64,000 nt of DNA from Oopsacas minuta (lineage: Eukaryota > Animalia > Porifera), in NCBI GenBank assembly GCA_024704765.1, contig JAKMXF010000111.1:186001-250000 (forward strand), read 5' to 3'. The position numbers were made by a program, and so were the translations under genes. Below are positions 10,901 to 20,709 of the stretch, in pieces; position 1 is the first letter of the stretch, and every line of letters starts with the position of its first letter. Under the pieces are notes generated by a model, which had not been told where the DNA came from, searched no databases, and saw only the letters and a program-made list of their open reading frames with translations.

Positions 10901-12663
10901 TGAAATCATCATCATTTACGAGTCGTGTGACTTCATGGGAGGCGCGTGCATCTCTTCGTGCAACGTGGAGTCAGCTGATATACTTACCATTGATATTCAC
11001 GGTATACGGTTTGTTACTAGGTTCTGCATATAAACAAGCTTCTGAGGCTCTGTTAATAATCTCTGGATTCTGTGTGTACAGTGTTGCAAGTGCCCTGTTC
11101 ATGTTCCCAATAATGTATACGTATTTCCAACCCACCCTGAAAATATACGCACAAGAACGTGCTGACGGAGCAGGCATGGCTTCAGACCTCGTTTTCCAAG
11201 GTTTTGTTCGTTTCGTCAGCATGGCTTTTATACCTGTGATTCTATGCTGTGCTGTTCTCTACTTGTTCGTAGTGCAAATTGCTGCATATGATCCTTGGGT
11301 ATTTTTCCAGGTCGCTGTGATCAACTTAGCCCTGAATCAAACTTGGATTGCATTGTTAATGTTCATAATATTCTGTTTCCCGACAATTGCCCATCGTATT
11401 TCCCCCATCGTCGCGTCAATCGCCGGTTTTGCTGGTGGATTTTTCGTACCAATCCATCTCATGCCTGTCTACTACAATTGGCTATTTTTCATTAACCCCA
11501 ATTTCTATGGGTTTTCAGCTAGCGCACGGATAATACTAGATAACATGCAAGTAACTTGCGAATATGAATCTGAACTAGAATGCTATACATCATCTGCAAA
11601 CTATACTCTACAACAATTTGATTTCATTAACATTCAACCCTATCAACATATCCTCGTTTTGCTAGCTATGACCGTTATTTTCCTTTTCCTAGCGCATACA
11701 GCCTTATGGATTCGTTATTTCAATTGGCGTTTGGTTTTGAAATCCACTCGGTCTAAAGTTCGCTCTGATATTGTTGAGGAACTTGAAATTGAGACTTACA
11801 TGGGTGGTTCCACTGAATACAATCAATACACAACATCAACACATGAAAAACGTCATTCTTCAGTCATGCAGAATGTGAACAGTGAATTTAACTGGGAAAT
11901 TCCGCAGGAACAAGCCAGTCAAGATTGGCAACCACTTTCGAAACAATTGTCACCCATAAATAGTATTTGCCGTAATAGTATTGCATCAGGTGAACAAAGT
12001 TATGCAAATTTCTTTGAGAATCAAGCCATTAATTCGCCAATTGCTCCTGTAAAAAAATGTTATAATAAATCAACGCCGGATTTAGATTTGGAGGTTCTTG
12101 ATCGACCTAGTGGTAGTAGGCTAGTGAAAAATCGATCTTTCAAAGTGAAGCGGAAAGATCAGCGAATTGATGATCAATTATTCCGATCTAGTTCTTTCTC
12201 GAATTTAGACACAGTTGTCTCGGTAAAAACTCCTGTATTTCCGCAGAAAAATGCTGATCAACAAATCCGGGATCGTCAACAAAATATGTATAATCGCATT
12301 CATGAATACAATCTTGTTTCAAAAGTAGTTGAAGACGAAGTGTCGAAAGATTGGCAATTGACTTTCAGGAAAAAAGCTGCGAAAATATACACGAAAACGA
12401 CGAAAAAAATTGATAAAAAGTTACTGGAAGAGATGAATTTCGGTGAAATCGAGTCCACTAAATTGGACATGATGGGTCCTATAACGAGTAGAGTTTCAAA
12501 TTGTGAATCAATTCATGAAGAAGGTTACTCAACTTTACCGAAAAGTTTTCCGCGAGATGATGAATATATATTAGAGCCAAATTCCCCTTTGAAAAGTTTC
12601 GCGGGAATCGATCAAGATGACACAACCCCTGTGTTATTGGTGAACAGGCGAAGGAGTTTTTAA
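7945..12663 (+). CDS. Fusion protein: signal peptide + Notum/pectinacetylesterase-like carboxylesterase + TM helix + ABCG half-transporter (NBD then ABC2 membrane domain) + long cytosolic tail
   Basis: One uninterrupted 1572-aa ORF. Esterase motifs: FLESGGVC, VPYCTSDLW, GSSAGG, SLYD, SCLQH. ABC motifs: Walker A GPSGSGKTT, Q-loop YVLQQ, signature LSGGQKRR, Walker B and D-loop LLLLDEPTSGLD, H-loop TIHQP. About 6 hydrophobic segments follow, with the ABCG motif WLFFINPNFYGF. Confidence 0.9.
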   Translation: MSFIFSNNFLLTIILVTFTNTNGKLLWNRFEDSQALCNDFTRSGYFISSSINQSLPDNQTRWVIFLESGGVCSTPDDCNRRYTTFHATMSTKNQRISSVMSSLESFFEPELLSQGIEGFDILSEDPTVNPTYHDCIHVLVPYCTSDLWFGIGNDLNTTNFNFSDAKTENFQFTFRGSILLQSLFTELADKYRLNDAEKVLFSGSSAGGVALYNHAKTLQTFLSPSTELSILGDSSWFINFQESFELIKGSVLYYNLPAFQSCRLFRHGVPCCLSTPCMLTNPSFYPPDLKTLIVFSLYDIYLLNQTLGEFDKDNLLIFRILRIITEFGGAMNYSLQLVEYLNPNFSFIASSCLQHVFLATSSLWVQGPLGIFAGNIVESFVDSNFNLAIKPGIWTEYVLRIDEIIYNISSITIRDAITQWANGATISYRESCKSPHCNSKCPETITLGLGTPYWPAPVQYTLISVVLVIVILCVILKFSLSLRYLWIKRQQRRYVERHHKMRANFEKRGGVSNYHIMKCDPDDTVTLACLDIEYKVNISALAAKRLRYEEEDIEPLVLKSLDTVTEDMLKTLDRKQTRRRHTFSGKLPGETSVNDFQNISPMHHPKESSLGSMSDFPNDDDTILLKSSPRKIRKSQTMNLNDSPYKKKRLEKEDSVLFETLQRVASFPPEDKKKKSSIMNPLKQNSRTILKGISALFNPGELVAIMGPSGSGKTTLLDLLTGRRQVGSIEGRVFVNGFNVQSVRSWFIANTGYVLQQAQPFYEELTVRENLTLSAFMRLPSSMTLHHRLERVEEVLRETFLVDLADTKVGRPGGPGLSGGQKRRLSVAVQLLKRPTLLLLDEPTSGLDASSSYELLTYLNHVAASDRTVIVTIHQPRLEIFHLFNKIILLCRGQIAYHGVPEKAYEVFVNAHRAFEYTRGFKLPDIEKHNPADVIMDILGSKESRSAILSYYRLTEESEEIYDAICHAQHRRKKYFGPVNETYKGLKSSSFTSRVTSWEARASLRATWSQLIYLPLIFTVYGLLLGSAYKQASEALLIISGFCVYSVASALFMFPIMYTYFQPTLKIYAQERADGAGMASDLVFQGFVRFVSMAFIPVILCCAVLYLFVVQIAAYDPWVFFQVAVINLALNQTWIALLMFIIFCFPTIAHRISPIVASIAGFAGGFFVPIHLMPVYYNWLFFINPNFYGFSASARIILDNMQVTCEYESELECYTSSANYTLQQFDFINIQPYQHILVLLAMTVIFLFLAHTALWIRYFNWRLVLKSTRSKVRSDIVEELEIETYMGGSTEYNQYTTSTHEKRHSSVMQNVNSEFNWEIPQEQASQDWQPLSKQLSPINSICRNSIASGEQSYANFFENQAINSPIAPVKKCYNKSTPDLDLEVLDRPSGSRLVKNRSFKVKRKDQRIDDQLFRSSSFSNLDTVVSVKTPVFPQKNADQQIRDRQQNMYNRIHEYNLVSKVVEDEVSKDWQLTFRKKAAKIYTKTTKKIDKKLLEEMNFGEIESTKLDMMGPITSRVSNCESIHEEGYSTLPKSFPRDDEYILEPNSPLKSFAGIDQDDTTPVLLVNRRRSF

Positions 12664-12912
12664 ATATATGAATTTTTGAATCCTTTTATGTAAATAATGT
12701 TTTGAATATGTAAATATGAAATTCGTGTGTTTTCTATAATTTTTTGAATGTCTAATTTCCGGAATTTATTTTTGGGAATATATTTACATGGAGTATGCGA
12801 AGCATAGCATTAGCTTGATTTTCTCAACATTTACCGACTTTTTGTACTATATGTGGAAGCTTCTTAGTCACTCCATGGTAAAAACGGGCTCAACCACCTA
12901 ATAATTCATGTA

Positions 12913-13068
12913 CAATCAACTTCCGTTATATCAAAGCTCAAGGGGCCGTGAAAATCAATCCGATATAAGCGGAGTTCGATATTACCGATCGAATATATGT
13001 TACCTTGACGTTCAGTTTAGGACCATAATTGACAATTTCAGACCTCGTTATAAGTGGCTATTTGATTG
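12913..13068. mobile_element. Family A pogo-like MITE
   Basis: TA-CAATCAACTTCCGTTATATC...TTTGATTG-TA, homologous to 2598-2760. Confidence 0.65.
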
Positions 13069-13241
13069 TAACGAGGGTTTCCTCGAATTGTAATGTCACG
13101 AATAGTATGTATTCCATTATTTTATGTTTTTGGCATGAAACATCCATATAATATAAATACTAATTTGGCACCAACAACCTATAACGAACTTGTCCTTATT
13201 AAGCGAAATAAATTTTCAATATTTCTAGCTAATTATCTAAG

Positions 13242-16200
13242 ATGTCTGAGGCAAAACCAGCTCCACAGCCAGTAGAAGAAATTATTCTCGATTTTGACGA
13301 AAAGGACCTCAATTTTTCCTTCAAACAATTGCGAAAAATCGCACTTGGAGATGATATATCACAATACAATTTCACCAGAGGTGATAAACTATCCCTCATA
13401 TGTTCATCAAACCTCTACGGGATCATATTCATCGCGAAACCTAACGGTTTTATCGTATTCCCCTCGAGCACCCTCGTGAATTGTCACGAGTCAAATTACA
13501 AACTACCTCTGAGCCAAACTGTTACTGCCAATCAGTCGGGTATAAAAGCCAGACACTACGAAATTGGTTCTCCATTCTTCCTGTCTCTCAATTCCGATAA
13601 CTCAGTTCTAATTTGCCTAACCCGTAATACACAGAATGTTATTACAGCTGCTTTTTATGATATTTCAAGCTTCAGTCCTGAATCTTCAAATTCCAATCCA
13701 AATGCTATTTTCCCATTGGCAGACAATCCAAATTTGCTACTCACAGATTTCCAATGGAATCCGACCAAACCCGAATCTTTCGCAGTGTGTTTTTCTAACG
13801 GCCAATCACATTTACTACAATTCAAACTGCCGCAAAGTATGCGGCATTTGTCACTTCTAAACTCGAAAACATCTTCATTCTGTTGGAGTCCGAAAGGTAA
13901 ACATATTGCCATCGGCACAATAGATGGCACAATCGAACAATTGAGTTGCGAAGAGGAAAATGCAAAATTCTTCAAACGCCACCCAAAAGTAGCTAATCTC
14001 GAATCTTTACAAGCTAAAGTGGTTCATTTAAAATGGATTTCAACTTATCAATTTGGCTTAGTTTACAGTATACAAACAGACAGTGGCGAAACAGAGCAAA
14101 TTTTCCTGTTGAAACATACCAAAACAAGCGAACAACCTGTCATAGTAAATTTCGCTGATTTATACGTGCAATCTGAAAATGCGCCAACTTTCTATTACAC
14201 TGAACTATTTCAAACTCAGAAAATTCTACTCACAACAACAGGCCTTGCTTCTGAAGTATTCGTGCTCGCGAATCAAGGTATTCCTACGAATGTAGGTGAT
14301 TGGTTTTACGCGAATTTAGAAGAGAGCAGTCGTGCGGAGCTACCTCTTGATGGGACGGAGGAATCTTTTACAATGGGTCTAGCGATTGATACAACTTCTC
14401 AAACAGCCATACCCACAGACAAAGAACAACTCCCTCCACATCCAATTTTACTTTTACTCACAACCAAGGGAGTGCTCTGCCCTTTTCATATGATATACGA
14501 AGGTATGTCGAGTTTAATTGAACCTCCGAGAGTGTTAAAATCCGCGAAACATTCTTTCAATCCACAGGAAGTCGCGAAAAATCTATCTACTACAACAGTA
14601 ACCGTTACAGGTGGTAATACGCCTACAACCGCGAAAAGTACTACCTATGCCATCATCCCAGACGCACAACCTTCAACTGAACCTATACCATCACAAACCA
14701 TGGGTGAACATCCAAAAATAGTACCACTAACAATATCCCAAGCTACTCTACCAACTGGGTTAATACCGGCACCTTCTACGTCATCACAACACTATACAAT
14801 ACCAAAGATACCTGCAGGAAATACACAGAAAGTTCCGCCTACCAATTTGCCAATTCATCCACCAACTCATGCTATTGTCGATACTGTAAAATCTGCTCCT
14901 GCTATTGTGGGTAATACAAGTATTGCACAACCTGCTTTATTCAATATAACGCCGAATGATAGTACTAGTAAACAACAAGTACTAAGACAGGAAATACAGC
15001 AATCACAGGGACAACAACCTAAACAGCATACACAACCTCAAGGACAACAACCAAACCAACAACAACTTCATGCACAACAACAGCAAACGCCAGTTATACA
15101 GCAAGTACTACAACCTAAACAGCAACAGCATCCTCCAGTTACCCAGCAAGCCCAACAACAACAACAACAACAACAAACTCCAGTTATAAAGCAAGTACTA
15201 CAACCTAAACTGGAACAGCAACCTCCAGTTACTCAGCAAGCCCAAGCACAACAACAACAAACGCCAGTTATACAGCAAGTACTACAACCTAAACAACAAC
15301 AACAACAACCTCCAGTTACCCAGCAAGCGCATGCACAACCACAACATCATCATCATCAACAACCTTCAGTAATGCAGCAATTACAAGCACCACAACCCAA
15401 ACAGCAACTACAACCAATTACCCCACAGAATCCCAACACTCTTTCACATGCTAACCTCAATTTCTCACCTCCACAGGGTGACTTCAGAGCATTAATACAA
15501 CCTCAAACATCACCTACGAAGATACTACAACCCACCAGTACTCATATCCCTAAACAAACAGTATTGCCATCTACTCAACAAACTACACAAAACTTTGTGC
15601 AACCACAATCAATACAACAATCTCCTCTAACACAAAATACTGTATCACTGACGATGCCAGCACCATCTCCATTAGAAATAGAAGTTAGATATGAAACACA
15701 CATTCGTAACGAAATTGATGAATTTTCGGAGGATTTGGAAACGCTTAAGAATAAACTACGTGCGAAATTCGGTGATTTTGATGATGCACAGTGCAAATTG
15801 AAGGACCTTGTTGGTTCAGATGAAGAGAAAAATAAAATGTATCGCGACACGGCCAAATTACATCAAGAATTGGACTTTACTATAAGATCAGCTGATGAAA
15901 TGAACCAAATACTGTCGACCATCCGAAATGAAGGTTTTCATATTCAAGAGAAAATAGAGGATGCGAATAAAGCTAAAAAATGGATCTCATCTGCGAAATT
16001 CAATTCGTTCATCGCTGCTACACCATTAGACCCTATATCTGAGGAAAAACGCAAAATTCTCATACAAACATATACAACTTTGGATCAGAGATTACAGGAA
16101 GTAGAACTTTGTATGGAAGACTTGCTGATTCGTTCAAATGATACAAACGATTATCACTCAGCTGTAAAAACGATCAAATCTCAAGAAGATGTACTCGTTA

Positions 16201-18497
16201 AACTTCACTCGAAATTAGACCAGTTAAGCGAACAGGTAGAAACGGTTAAAGTCAATCGCCAGCTTTCCCGAATGAACCTTTCTGCGTCCTGCATTCACCC
16301 TTTCGAGCTATTAAACAAATCCCTTGAAAAACGTCATTTTAACTACAAAATACAGAATGACCGTATAGTTGAATTGAAAGATTATCTATACAACAGACCT
16401 ACGCCGCGTGTAATTAAACCACGTAATCCGGCCAATACACTCAATATTCCACGCACAGTCAAAGTCCCGTCCAAGCCTAAATCAGATATTCGAACTTCTA
16501 AACCCAATACGCCGTCACCTATAAGTTTACCCCAACCGAACCATGGATATAAATTGCTTGTTTCGCCGCAGGGTGAGTTTTTCATTTCTCCTACCCCCCA
16601 GTCACTACCTGATGGATGTGTCTCTGTCGACGCGTCGCATTTACAGAAACTTTCCCCAACAAAATCACAGATATCTCCGCAAAAGGGTCAATCAATGACC
16701 GTACCTGTGCAAGATGGTTATGATCGTACATCAATTCCGAAATTTATGGTCGAACACAAACCAGAACAAATATCACCATCAAAACACATTCCACAGCCTA
16801 TATTACCCAGTCAACAACAACAAAATCAAGTAATATATCAACATTCGCCAATCGGTCAACAACCTTTACGAAATCAACCACCACAAATACCTCAAGAAAT
16901 ACGTCAACAACATTCGCAAACACAGGCACAACTCCTTCAACAACCTCCAATACCAAATAGTCAACCACAACAAACTGTTAGTAAGTCGCCACCTCAAAAA
17001 CTACCTCCTACACAACTACAACAACAAACAATCCCTCCTCAACCAAATCCCCCTCATAAAGATCCACCACGTGTAAACCGTATCCTAGATTTTTCATCTC
17101 CACCCAAGAATTCACCGCCTGAAGCAAGCTCCCCTCCCTTTACATCCGTAAAAACAGCTGATCAAGCTCAAGAAAAACCTGCTCCCAATGTGAACCCATT
17201 CGCTGACCCTTCCTGTCCTTTTCTCAGCCCTGGACCTTTACAAGGGAACAAACAATCAGTGACGTCATCTAATGAACCAACTCAGAACAAACAAAACCGT
17301 GATGCGAAAATAAAAACTGATTCACCACCTAAATCACCATCTGACATACAATTATGCTCACTATTAACTGCTCCAGAACCTAAATCAAACAAAGATCCAG
17401 GCAAAAATGTGAATTTAATTCAAACTACAAAACCTCCATCGAAATTGCTACAAAGTACAAATGCTGAATCGAAAACTTCACCGACGAAATCAATTCCTTT
17501 AGACGAATCCCAAACCGTGAATATTCCGAAAAACACAGACAAAACTCCACATACAAAAGATCTGAATTTAACTCAAACAATTAATATCTCAGAAATAGGA
17601 AATAATACTAAAGTTCCTGCGGAAATTACACCGGCTATTATTTCGCAAAATCCACCACAGCCAAATATAAATCCTCAAATAGTTCAGCAACCATTACAAC
17701 CCACCACCCCTGTGCGTACAAATGAGGCAATTCAAACCCCACGGGTTCAGGTCACATCAATTGAGGGTGATTCTGAGATGCAAGATGATCAGGATTACGG
17801 AACTTCATTACAGGCGATATCTTTGGGTGGCGGGCTAGACGGTGTCGCAAAACCAGCCCCCCCTCCCATGGGTGCGAATATTCGCAATCCCTTTGGTGGA
17901 AACACGTCTGGAGAAGGTGCAAGCGCTAATATTCCGTCAATTTGGGGTAGTCCAAATCCTAATCAGTTCTCTCGAACGAATCAGCCTCAAGTACAAGCTC
18001 AACCTCCCAATATTGGTTTTGGAGGGGGACAACCGAATTTTGGCGGTACACCCACTTTATTTCAAGGTCCTTCCCTTCTACAGGGGATCGGAGGTACCCA
18101 ACAGAAGTTATTTGGCCATAATACAGATGCTTTAAGTTTCGGCTCAATTGCCGGGAACTCTCCTCCAAAACAAGCCCCATTCGGCCAGCAAACAAATCCT
18201 ATGAAGCAACCGGGACCTTTTGGGCAACAAACGGCCGCTTTCGGACAACAACCAGGACCTTTCGGCACTCAACCTGCCCCTTTCGGGCAACAACCGGCAT
18301 CTTTCGGACAACAGCCAGGACCTTTCGGCACTCAACCTGCCCCTTTCGGGCAACAACCGGGATTATTTGGACAAACACAAGATATGGGATTCGGCAGTGT
18401 CGCACAAGGTCAAGGATTTGGCGGCCAATCAAGTGGTAGTATGAGTTCCCAGGTAAATGAAATGAAAGGAAAAGCTTTCACTTCTTACAGGTCTTGA
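13242..18497 (+). CDS. NUP214: Nuclear pore complex protein Nup214/CAN
   Basis: Intronless 1751-aa ORF. N-terminal beta-propeller (DFQWNP, CWSPKGKHIAIG, ESFTMGLAID, PPHPILLLLTTKGVLCPF), central coiled coil with PLDP motif, C-terminal FG repeats ending FTSYRS. Confidence 0.88.
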   Translation: MSEAKPAPQPVEEIILDFDEKDLNFSFKQLRKIALGDDISQYNFTRGDKLSLICSSNLYGIIFIAKPNGFIVFPSSTLVNCHESNYKLPLSQTVTANQSGIKARHYEIGSPFFLSLNSDNSVLICLTRNTQNVITAAFYDISSFSPESSNSNPNAIFPLADNPNLLLTDFQWNPTKPESFAVCFSNGQSHLLQFKLPQSMRHLSLLNSKTSSFCWSPKGKHIAIGTIDGTIEQLSCEEENAKFFKRHPKVANLESLQAKVVHLKWISTYQFGLVYSIQTDSGETEQIFLLKHTKTSEQPVIVNFADLYVQSENAPTFYYTELFQTQKILLTTTGLASEVFVLANQGIPTNVGDWFYANLEESSRAELPLDGTEESFTMGLAIDTTSQTAIPTDKEQLPPHPILLLLTTKGVLCPFHMIYEGMSSLIEPPRVLKSAKHSFNPQEVAKNLSTTTVTVTGGNTPTTAKSTTYAIIPDAQPSTEPIPSQTMGEHPKIVPLTISQATLPTGLIPAPSTSSQHYTIPKIPAGNTQKVPPTNLPIHPPTHAIVDTVKSAPAIVGNTSIAQPALFNITPNDSTSKQQVLRQEIQQSQGQQPKQHTQPQGQQPNQQQLHAQQQQTPVIQQVLQPKQQQHPPVTQQAQQQQQQQQTPVIKQVLQPKLEQQPPVTQQAQAQQQQTPVIQQVLQPKQQQQQPPVTQQAHAQPQHHHHQQPSVMQQLQAPQPKQQLQPITPQNPNTLSHANLNFSPPQGDFRALIQPQTSPTKILQPTSTHIPKQTVLPSTQQTTQNFVQPQSIQQSPLTQNTVSLTMPAPSPLEIEVRYETHIRNEIDEFSEDLETLKNKLRAKFGDFDDAQCKLKDLVGSDEEKNKMYRDTAKLHQELDFTIRSADEMNQILSTIRNEGFHIQEKIEDANKAKKWISSAKFNSFIAATPLDPISEEKRKILIQTYTTLDQRLQEVELCMEDLLIRSNDTNDYHSAVKTIKSQEDVLVKLHSKLDQLSEQVETVKVNRQLSRMNLSASCIHPFELLNKSLEKRHFNYKIQNDRIVELKDYLYNRPTPRVIKPRNPANTLNIPRTVKVPSKPKSDIRTSKPNTPSPISLPQPNHGYKLLVSPQGEFFISPTPQSLPDGCVSVDASHLQKLSPTKSQISPQKGQSMTVPVQDGYDRTSIPKFMVEHKPEQISPSKHIPQPILPSQQQQNQVIYQHSPIGQQPLRNQPPQIPQEIRQQHSQTQAQLLQQPPIPNSQPQQTVSKSPPQKLPPTQLQQQTIPPQPNPPHKDPPRVNRILDFSSPPKNSPPEASSPPFTSVKTADQAQEKPAPNVNPFADPSCPFLSPGPLQGNKQSVTSSNEPTQNKQNRDAKIKTDSPPKSPSDIQLCSLLTAPEPKSNKDPGKNVNLIQTTKPPSKLLQSTNAESKTSPTKSIPLDESQTVNIPKNTDKTPHTKDLNLTQTINISEIGNNTKVPAEITPAIISQNPPQPNINPQIVQQPLQPTTPVRTNEAIQTPRVQVTSIEGDSEMQDDQDYGTSLQAISLGGGLDGVAKPAPPPMGANIRNPFGGNTSGEGASANIPSIWGSPNPNQFSRTNQPQVQAQPPNIGFGGGQPNFGGTPTLFQGPSLLQGIGGTQQKLFGHNTDALSFGSIAGNSPPKQAPFGQQTNPMKQPGPFGQQTAAFGQQPGPFGTQPAPFGQQPASFGQQPGPFGTQPAPFGQQPGLFGQTQDMGFGSVAQGQGFGGQSSGSMSSQVNEMKGKAFTSYRS
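15075..15330 (+). repeat. Coding tandem repeat in Nup214 (3 x QQQQTPVIQQVLQPK...PPVTQQA)
   Basis: Three units of about 85-90 bp sharing CCAGTTATA-AGCAAGTACTACAACCTAAAC, separated by variable CAA tracts. Confidence 0.85.
18238..18363 (+). repeat. Coding 63-bp tandem duplication in the Nup214 FG region
   Basis: Two near-identical copies encoding FGQQPGPFGTQPAPFGQQP. Confidence 0.85.
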
Positions 18498-19304
18498 GTT
18501 ATTTCATAATTCTTAGCTCTCTTAATTAATTCATAAACTTTGTTAATTCATTTGATTCTACTATGAAGTTAACTGAGATAATTATTTTAATTTAATAATT
18601 GCTTTCCATTGAGTTATTTGCCTATATACACGTTGGTCACACAAAGTTCTTAAAATATCCACACTACCTTCCTTCTCCCCCCTCGAATAATCGCCCCGGC
18701 TACTATTCAAGGAAATTCGGTGATTAGAATTGTCCCTATAACTATTTCACACTTTCTGTGGACCGCTCACATAGACTACAATACAAATTTCAGATCCTGT
18801 GGACACCAGGTTAGGAACCCTACACAAATAAAGGCCAGCGGTTTCCATCCTTTTTCACTTGTGACAGAGCCCGCTTTAGTTCTTTCGGCGCCCCGTGTTT
18901 TTCATCAAATAGTAATTGAGCACGTCATTTTTATACTTTAGTTACTATAGTGAGTACTTCGCAGTTCTAGCCAGAATTTCCCTTAAAATGACCCAATTTT
19001 CGCCCCCTAATCAAGACGCCCCACGCAGTTGCTTGCGTTGCTTGTGCCAAAAGTCTGCAGTGACCCGCGTCCCTCCTCCCATAGACTGCAATAGATATTG
19101 TGGACCCCCTGATGTCTTCCGTGGATCAACAAGGGGTTCATGGATCCCAGGTTGGGAACCACTACTAGTCTACTATAGGCTATGGAGTAATATTGTCCCA
19201 AACTCCTATTTGGGACCGTTCAAACGTGTGGTTTTGTACAATTCAATTTTCCAAGTCGTCTAATTATCAAAACCATAATGTATTATTTGAGTAGTGAAAA
19301 TTGA

Positions 19305-19449
19305 CAATCTTCGTAAAGAAAAAAGCGAGACGGAAGACACTAATTTATCGGGACATCGCGGGACAATTAAGGTTTTTGGCAAGTTTTGGCGGGACATTAA
19401 CCTTATTGGCCCTCAACGTCCCGCCAAAACGGGACAGTTGGCAAGTATG
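19305..19449. mobile_element. hAT-like MITE remnant (family D)
   Basis: Near-identical to 47161-47303 (AAAAAAGCGAGACGGAAGACACTAATTT...GGCCCTCAAC). It ends in GTTGGCAAGTATG, whose reverse complement CATACTTGCCAAC starts the 47141 copy. Confidence 0.65.
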
Positions 19450-19724
19450 GAGTAGTGAAAATTTCCGTTTTTCTATGGGAATTTTATAATCCTAGTACAA
19501 AAGTTCAGCACCTGCTGGGATTTTTGGGAATATGTTTACCCTCCATTAGTGACTATATCTGCTTGGATTGTTACGTGACGAGTCTTCCGGTGACCAGTTT
19601 ACTCCCGACCAACTTCCAGGCCTTTTTTAAGTTTACGTGTAGTTATATTTTCAATGAATATATTCAATGCATACCAAATTTGCTTCGTATTCCATTCTTA
19701 CATAAACCTAGAATTATTCCTTTT

Positions 19725-20108
19725 ATGGCTAGTATAGACTGTGAAAATATATCCAATGAACAAGAAAATTACCAACGACGTGTAAGTGAATTTTCCTATC
19801 TTGTTAACCAAGGAAATCCTCAAATTGTTAATGCATTACCAGAGCGGGTAAAATCTCGTGTAATTGAGCATTTATCTACAACAGATGCTACGCAATTAGA
19901 CGAACCAATCTCGATCATAAAACTCCCATCAAAGGAGAAACACCCCTATTTATACTACAGCTTCCTCCCATTGTATGTTACGTATAGAGTAGCGCATTAT
20001 ATGGGCGGTAAACTAGCTTGGTTCTTTGGTATTACGTCACCAGCTTATCAGGATACTATAGATATGATGGAAGAACAGCTGGAAAGAGAAGAGAGTATTG
20101 AAAATTGA
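19725..20108 (+). CDS. FAM177-like small protein
   Basis: ATG at 19725 inside ORF 19455-20108. The C-terminal YMGGKLAWFFGITSPAYQDTID plus acidic tail matches the FAM177 family motif as I recall it (GEKxAxxxGIxxPKYQYAIDE). Confidence 0.6.
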   Translation: MASIDCENISNEQENYQRRVSEFSYLVNQGNPQIVNALPERVKSRVIEHLSTTDATQLDEPISIIKLPSKEKHPYLYYSFLPLYVTYRVAHYMGGKLAWFFGITSPAYQDTIDMMEEQLEREESIEN

Positions 20109-20709
20109 GAGTTTGTATATCTGCTATTAATAGCTGTATATCAATGGCTATTTTGTTGTGTATGTAATCACATTATTGTTGTTTGCTTATTTTCTTTGAA
20201 ATGTTGTTCTAAACACAACGTTTCCCAACCTGGGATCCTTGGACCCATGGACCCATTTGTGTTCCACGGACGATAGCAGGGGGTTCACAAAATTTGTATT
20301 GTATCTCTGCATCGAATTATACAGTTATGGAGGCGAAAACCGGTGAGATATTACACTTATATCCGCGAAAAGAGTTGGAATCTCAGCAGCAGTGTGTAGC
20401 CGAGCGAAAATTCTGCAACGATTCCCATATCGTAGTTCTAAATAGATACGTAATGTCATTTTAGGTGTATTGCTATATGCGTGCTGTATATTTCCTCTTT
20501 GTTTTCAAAATGGTGGATTCCAGAATCTGGAATATGTACCTGCAGCAAATTCTTATGTTATTATCGGCAGAAGTGGTCCGAGGATCTGGCAGACCCCGAG
20601 GCCAGGATTTCAAAACTTTGGCCAATGATCCGTTTGTCCCCTCCCCATAGGATCGCCACTGATTTTCATAATCTACTAATCACACTATTTTTTAACATAT
20701 TTAGATTCA

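Noticed and set aside
18062-18444. Repetitive ORFs on other frames and the minus strand in the Nup214 3' end
   Set aside because: They are shadows of the 63-bp FG repeat.
19455-19724. N-terminal 90 codons of the 217-aa ORF
   Set aside because: Starts at a non-ATG codon next to a MITE and looks non-coding. ATG 19725 is the more plausible start.
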